From a virus, in the IMG/VR virus record IMGVR_UViG_3300047510_001751, positions 96,001 through 160,000 of that record: DNA of 64,000 nucleotides; one strand, written 5' to 3'. The position numbers and the translations under genes are program-made. Shown piece after piece: positions 61,848-64,000 of this stretch (its first letter is position 1; each line of letters opens with the position of its first letter). The notes under the pieces were generated by a model. It was given only the letters and a program-made list of their open reading frames with translations, ran no database searches and was not told the origin of the DNA.

Positions 61848-63872
61848 CTATTCAGCGTTTCCTATTAGATAATATGGGGTTGACCTAAAACCAAGAGCAT
61901 CTGATATACTGCCATACTTCTTCTGACCAGCTTTCTTTCCAGATTTATAGAGACCAGCTGGCTCTAGTGTAAAAATCTTAGATCCTTTCTTTGTAATTAG
62001 ACCATATATGGTCATTGCTATTTGTTTCTTAAAATAATGATTTAATTGTGATGTGCCACCACTCATGAAAAACCACAACGCTTCTAGTTTTGCTACTCTA
62101 TTCTCTTGATGAGTGACCTTAGAGTATTGTTTTATTGCTCTTCTTTGTTTACCTGATTGTGTCTTTGATCCATAATTATAAGCATCTCTAGTTGATTTTG
62201 GTAGTAAGCTTTCAATCTTTTCATTTGATATATCTCTACCAAATTGACCTAAAGCAGCCCAGATTTCTTTGATTTCTTTTTCATCACTATTAGAAGATCC
62301 TGTTATGCTCTTGTCTATTAATAACGAATTTAATGTCACTAAGTACAATCCATAGATGTTATTCTTTAATGTATTGTCAGCAATGTTTTTGGGTAATAAA
62401 CTGTTGATAGACAATTTTATTTGCTCTTGATCTCTAGACTCATTGATAATTGTTTGTTTGTTTAATACTTGAGGAAATTTGTTACTTGGAACCGTGACAC
62501 CAATGGCAGCCATAGCAGCAGCAAATGCCATCTTTCTCTTTTGTATTATTTGATTGAATATAGTTCTTGTGCCTGGATACTTTTTCAATATATCTGCTAC
62601 CAGAGTAAAACCAGCCCCACCTGTGTATGCTCCAATAACTCTACCTTCTCTATTAGTTGGTAAAGCATTCCATGTCATAGAAGCAGTGACAAGACTATAA
62701 TGTTCATCTGTTAATACTATGTTTCTATCCTTTAATCTTGGTATGTTTTGTGATAGATTTGAATAGTTAAAACTAAAATTTACAGCGAAAGTTTCTATAG
62801 TATGCTTGTAATCTATTTTATTAATTGTAACAAGTGTTTCAATCTCTTTCTTCAATGTGTTTGGATCATTGATACCAGAAAAGTAATCAATTATCTCAGT
62901 ATATTCATCAACTAATTCATCCAACTCAGGTGGAAGATTTTGTGACATTCCAGTAAGATATACTGTTGGATTTTCTGATATACTTTTCTTCAATGAAATT
63001 GGTATGACAGCTTTTGTTGTTATCAGTCTACGGGTTAATAAATTAAAACTGGCGGCATTTGAAACTTCTCCACTAACAATCTTATCAGTTTCTTTCTTAT
63101 ATGAATCGATTGTTGATTTAAATGAGGATGTTTTGATAGCATAAATGTCTGCTGGGTTGAGCATGTCAGCTCTAGTATTAATTCCTTGCTCAGCAATGAT
63201 TCTCAAACATGCTTCAGTCAGTGGAATGTCTTTAACAAGTCTAACATGATAACTTGTTGAATGACAATAAATGTATGAGGCATATCCTCCTTGTATTATA
63301 TTTTTGCTTTTTAGTGCTTTGGCTGTCCAGAAAGCACTCTTGACCCAGCTCAAAGCATCTTCGTTCTCGCCAGAGAAAATGTATAACTTATTTTGGAGAG
63401 AAGATTTTGATGTTGACCTACCACCAACCAAAGATGATTTTTTATTTTTAAATGTATCTATTTTCTTAACTAATCCTTCTTGTTTCTTTTTAAATGATGC
63501 TAAATCTCGTAAGTCTTTTTTTGTTCTTGTATCAACTTTCTTTCTTGTGATTGTCTTTATGCTTTGCTTCAATTGATGTAATTCTTCTAATGTAGATAAT
63601 ATAGAAGAATTGAGCAATGGTAATGCTTCGTGTATAGATCTCAGATGTTTCTTTTGTGTGTCGCTTAAACTAGATGAGATTAGAGGATATGAAATATATC
63701 TATTGTATTTTGTGTATTTGTCTTCACACAAAGCATCTATTAATCCGTCTATTGATGGCTCTTGTCCTCTGGTTTCACATACAGCAAAATAAGCCAAGGC
63801 AAAACAATGAACCATTTCCTTGGCTGTAGTGTCTCTGCTTAAACTAAAATCACCCTGATATCTTTCTCTCAT
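61848..63872 (-). CDS. 674-aa basic hypothetical protein, possible PD-(D/E)xK nuclease-like fold
   Basis: KEMVHC...NPADIY...IPISLKK pattern; ATAAATA at 63893-63899 upstream. Confidence 0.55.
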   Translation of the reverse strand: MRERYQGDFSLSRDTTAKEMVHCFALAYFAVCETRGQEPSIDGLIDALCEDKYTKYNRYISYPLISSSLSDTQKKHLRSIHEALPLLNSSILSTLEELHQLKQSIKTITRKKVDTRTKKDLRDLASFKKKQEGLVKKIDTFKNKKSSLVGGRSTSKSSLQNKLYIFSGENEDALSWVKSAFWTAKALKSKNIIQGGYASYIYCHSTSYHVRLVKDIPLTEACLRIIAEQGINTRADMLNPADIYAIKTSSFKSTIDSYKKETDKIVSGEVSNAASFNLLTRRLITTKAVIPISLKKSISENPTVYLTGMSQNLPPELDELVDEYTEIIDYFSGINDPNTLKKEIETLVTINKIDYKHTIETFAVNFSFNYSNLSQNIPRLKDRNIVLTDEHYSLVTASMTWNALPTNREGRVIGAYTGGAGFTLVADILKKYPGTRTIFNQIIQKRKMAFAAAMAAIGVTVPSNKFPQVLNKQTIINESRDQEQIKLSINSLLPKNIADNTLKNNIYGLYLVTLNSLLIDKSITGSSNSDEKEIKEIWAALGQFGRDISNEKIESLLPKSTRDAYNYGSKTQSGKQRRAIKQYSKVTHQENRVAKLEALWFFMSGGTSQLNHYFKKQIAMTIYGLITKKGSKIFTLEPAGLYKSGKKAGQKKYGSISDALGFRSTPYYLIGNAE

Positions 63873-63890
63873 TGTAGAAGCGATTTTTAG

Positions 63891-64000
63891 TTATTTATTT
63901 TTCTTTCTGGTTCTTGTGGGTTTATTCAGTTTTTCTCTATGTTTCTTTAGTGCTTCGATAGCTTGCTCATCAGTCTTGTGATCACTGATTTGAAAGCCAT
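63891..64000 (-). CDS. 3' end of a gene entering from beyond the window (...GFQISDHKTDEQAIEALKKHREKLNKPTRTRKKNK)
   Basis: Open frame to a TAA at 63891-63893. Confidence 0.55.
   Translation of the reverse strand, partial: GFQISDHKTDEQAIEALKKHREKLNKPTRTRKKNK

Noticed and set aside
1-64000. tRNA, rRNA, intron or intein
   Set aside because: No cloverleaf, rRNA-like or splice-element signature recognised by eye; a tRNAscan/Infernal run would be needed to exclude them formally.

Overview
A 64-kb segment of a T4-like cyanomyophage (Kyanoviridae-type) genome. Essentially all real genes lie on the minus strand. Positions 1-51.7 kb are the late virion-morphogenesis region. In transcription order it runs PAAR protein, gp25, gp6, gp7, gp8, a 2691-aa DUF4815-type structural protein, a gp9-like connector, a 3905-aa tail fibre with an S74 chaperone, a gp38-like glycine-rich adhesin, four 2OG-Fe(II) oxygenase-type genes, gp13, gp14, gp15, gp16, four small inserts and gp17, with TAAATA late promoters. 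Positions 51.7-61.8 kb are an early-type region of small genes behind sigma70-like promoters, with a repeated pseudo-palindromic motif, repeated promoter/leader cassettes, a GC-rich island and several structured non-coding blocks. Highlights: (1) the giant tail fibre carries eight tandem phycobiliprotein-like repeats that appear to keep both bilin-attachment cysteines; (2) five cyanobacterial-type DnaA boxes (TTTTCCACA) cluster around an AT-rich stretch in a non-coding early region; (3) a G-X-Y adhesin with Y-position prolines is followed directly by four coupled hydroxylase-type genes. All family calls come from motif recognition and recalled sequences; no database search was run.
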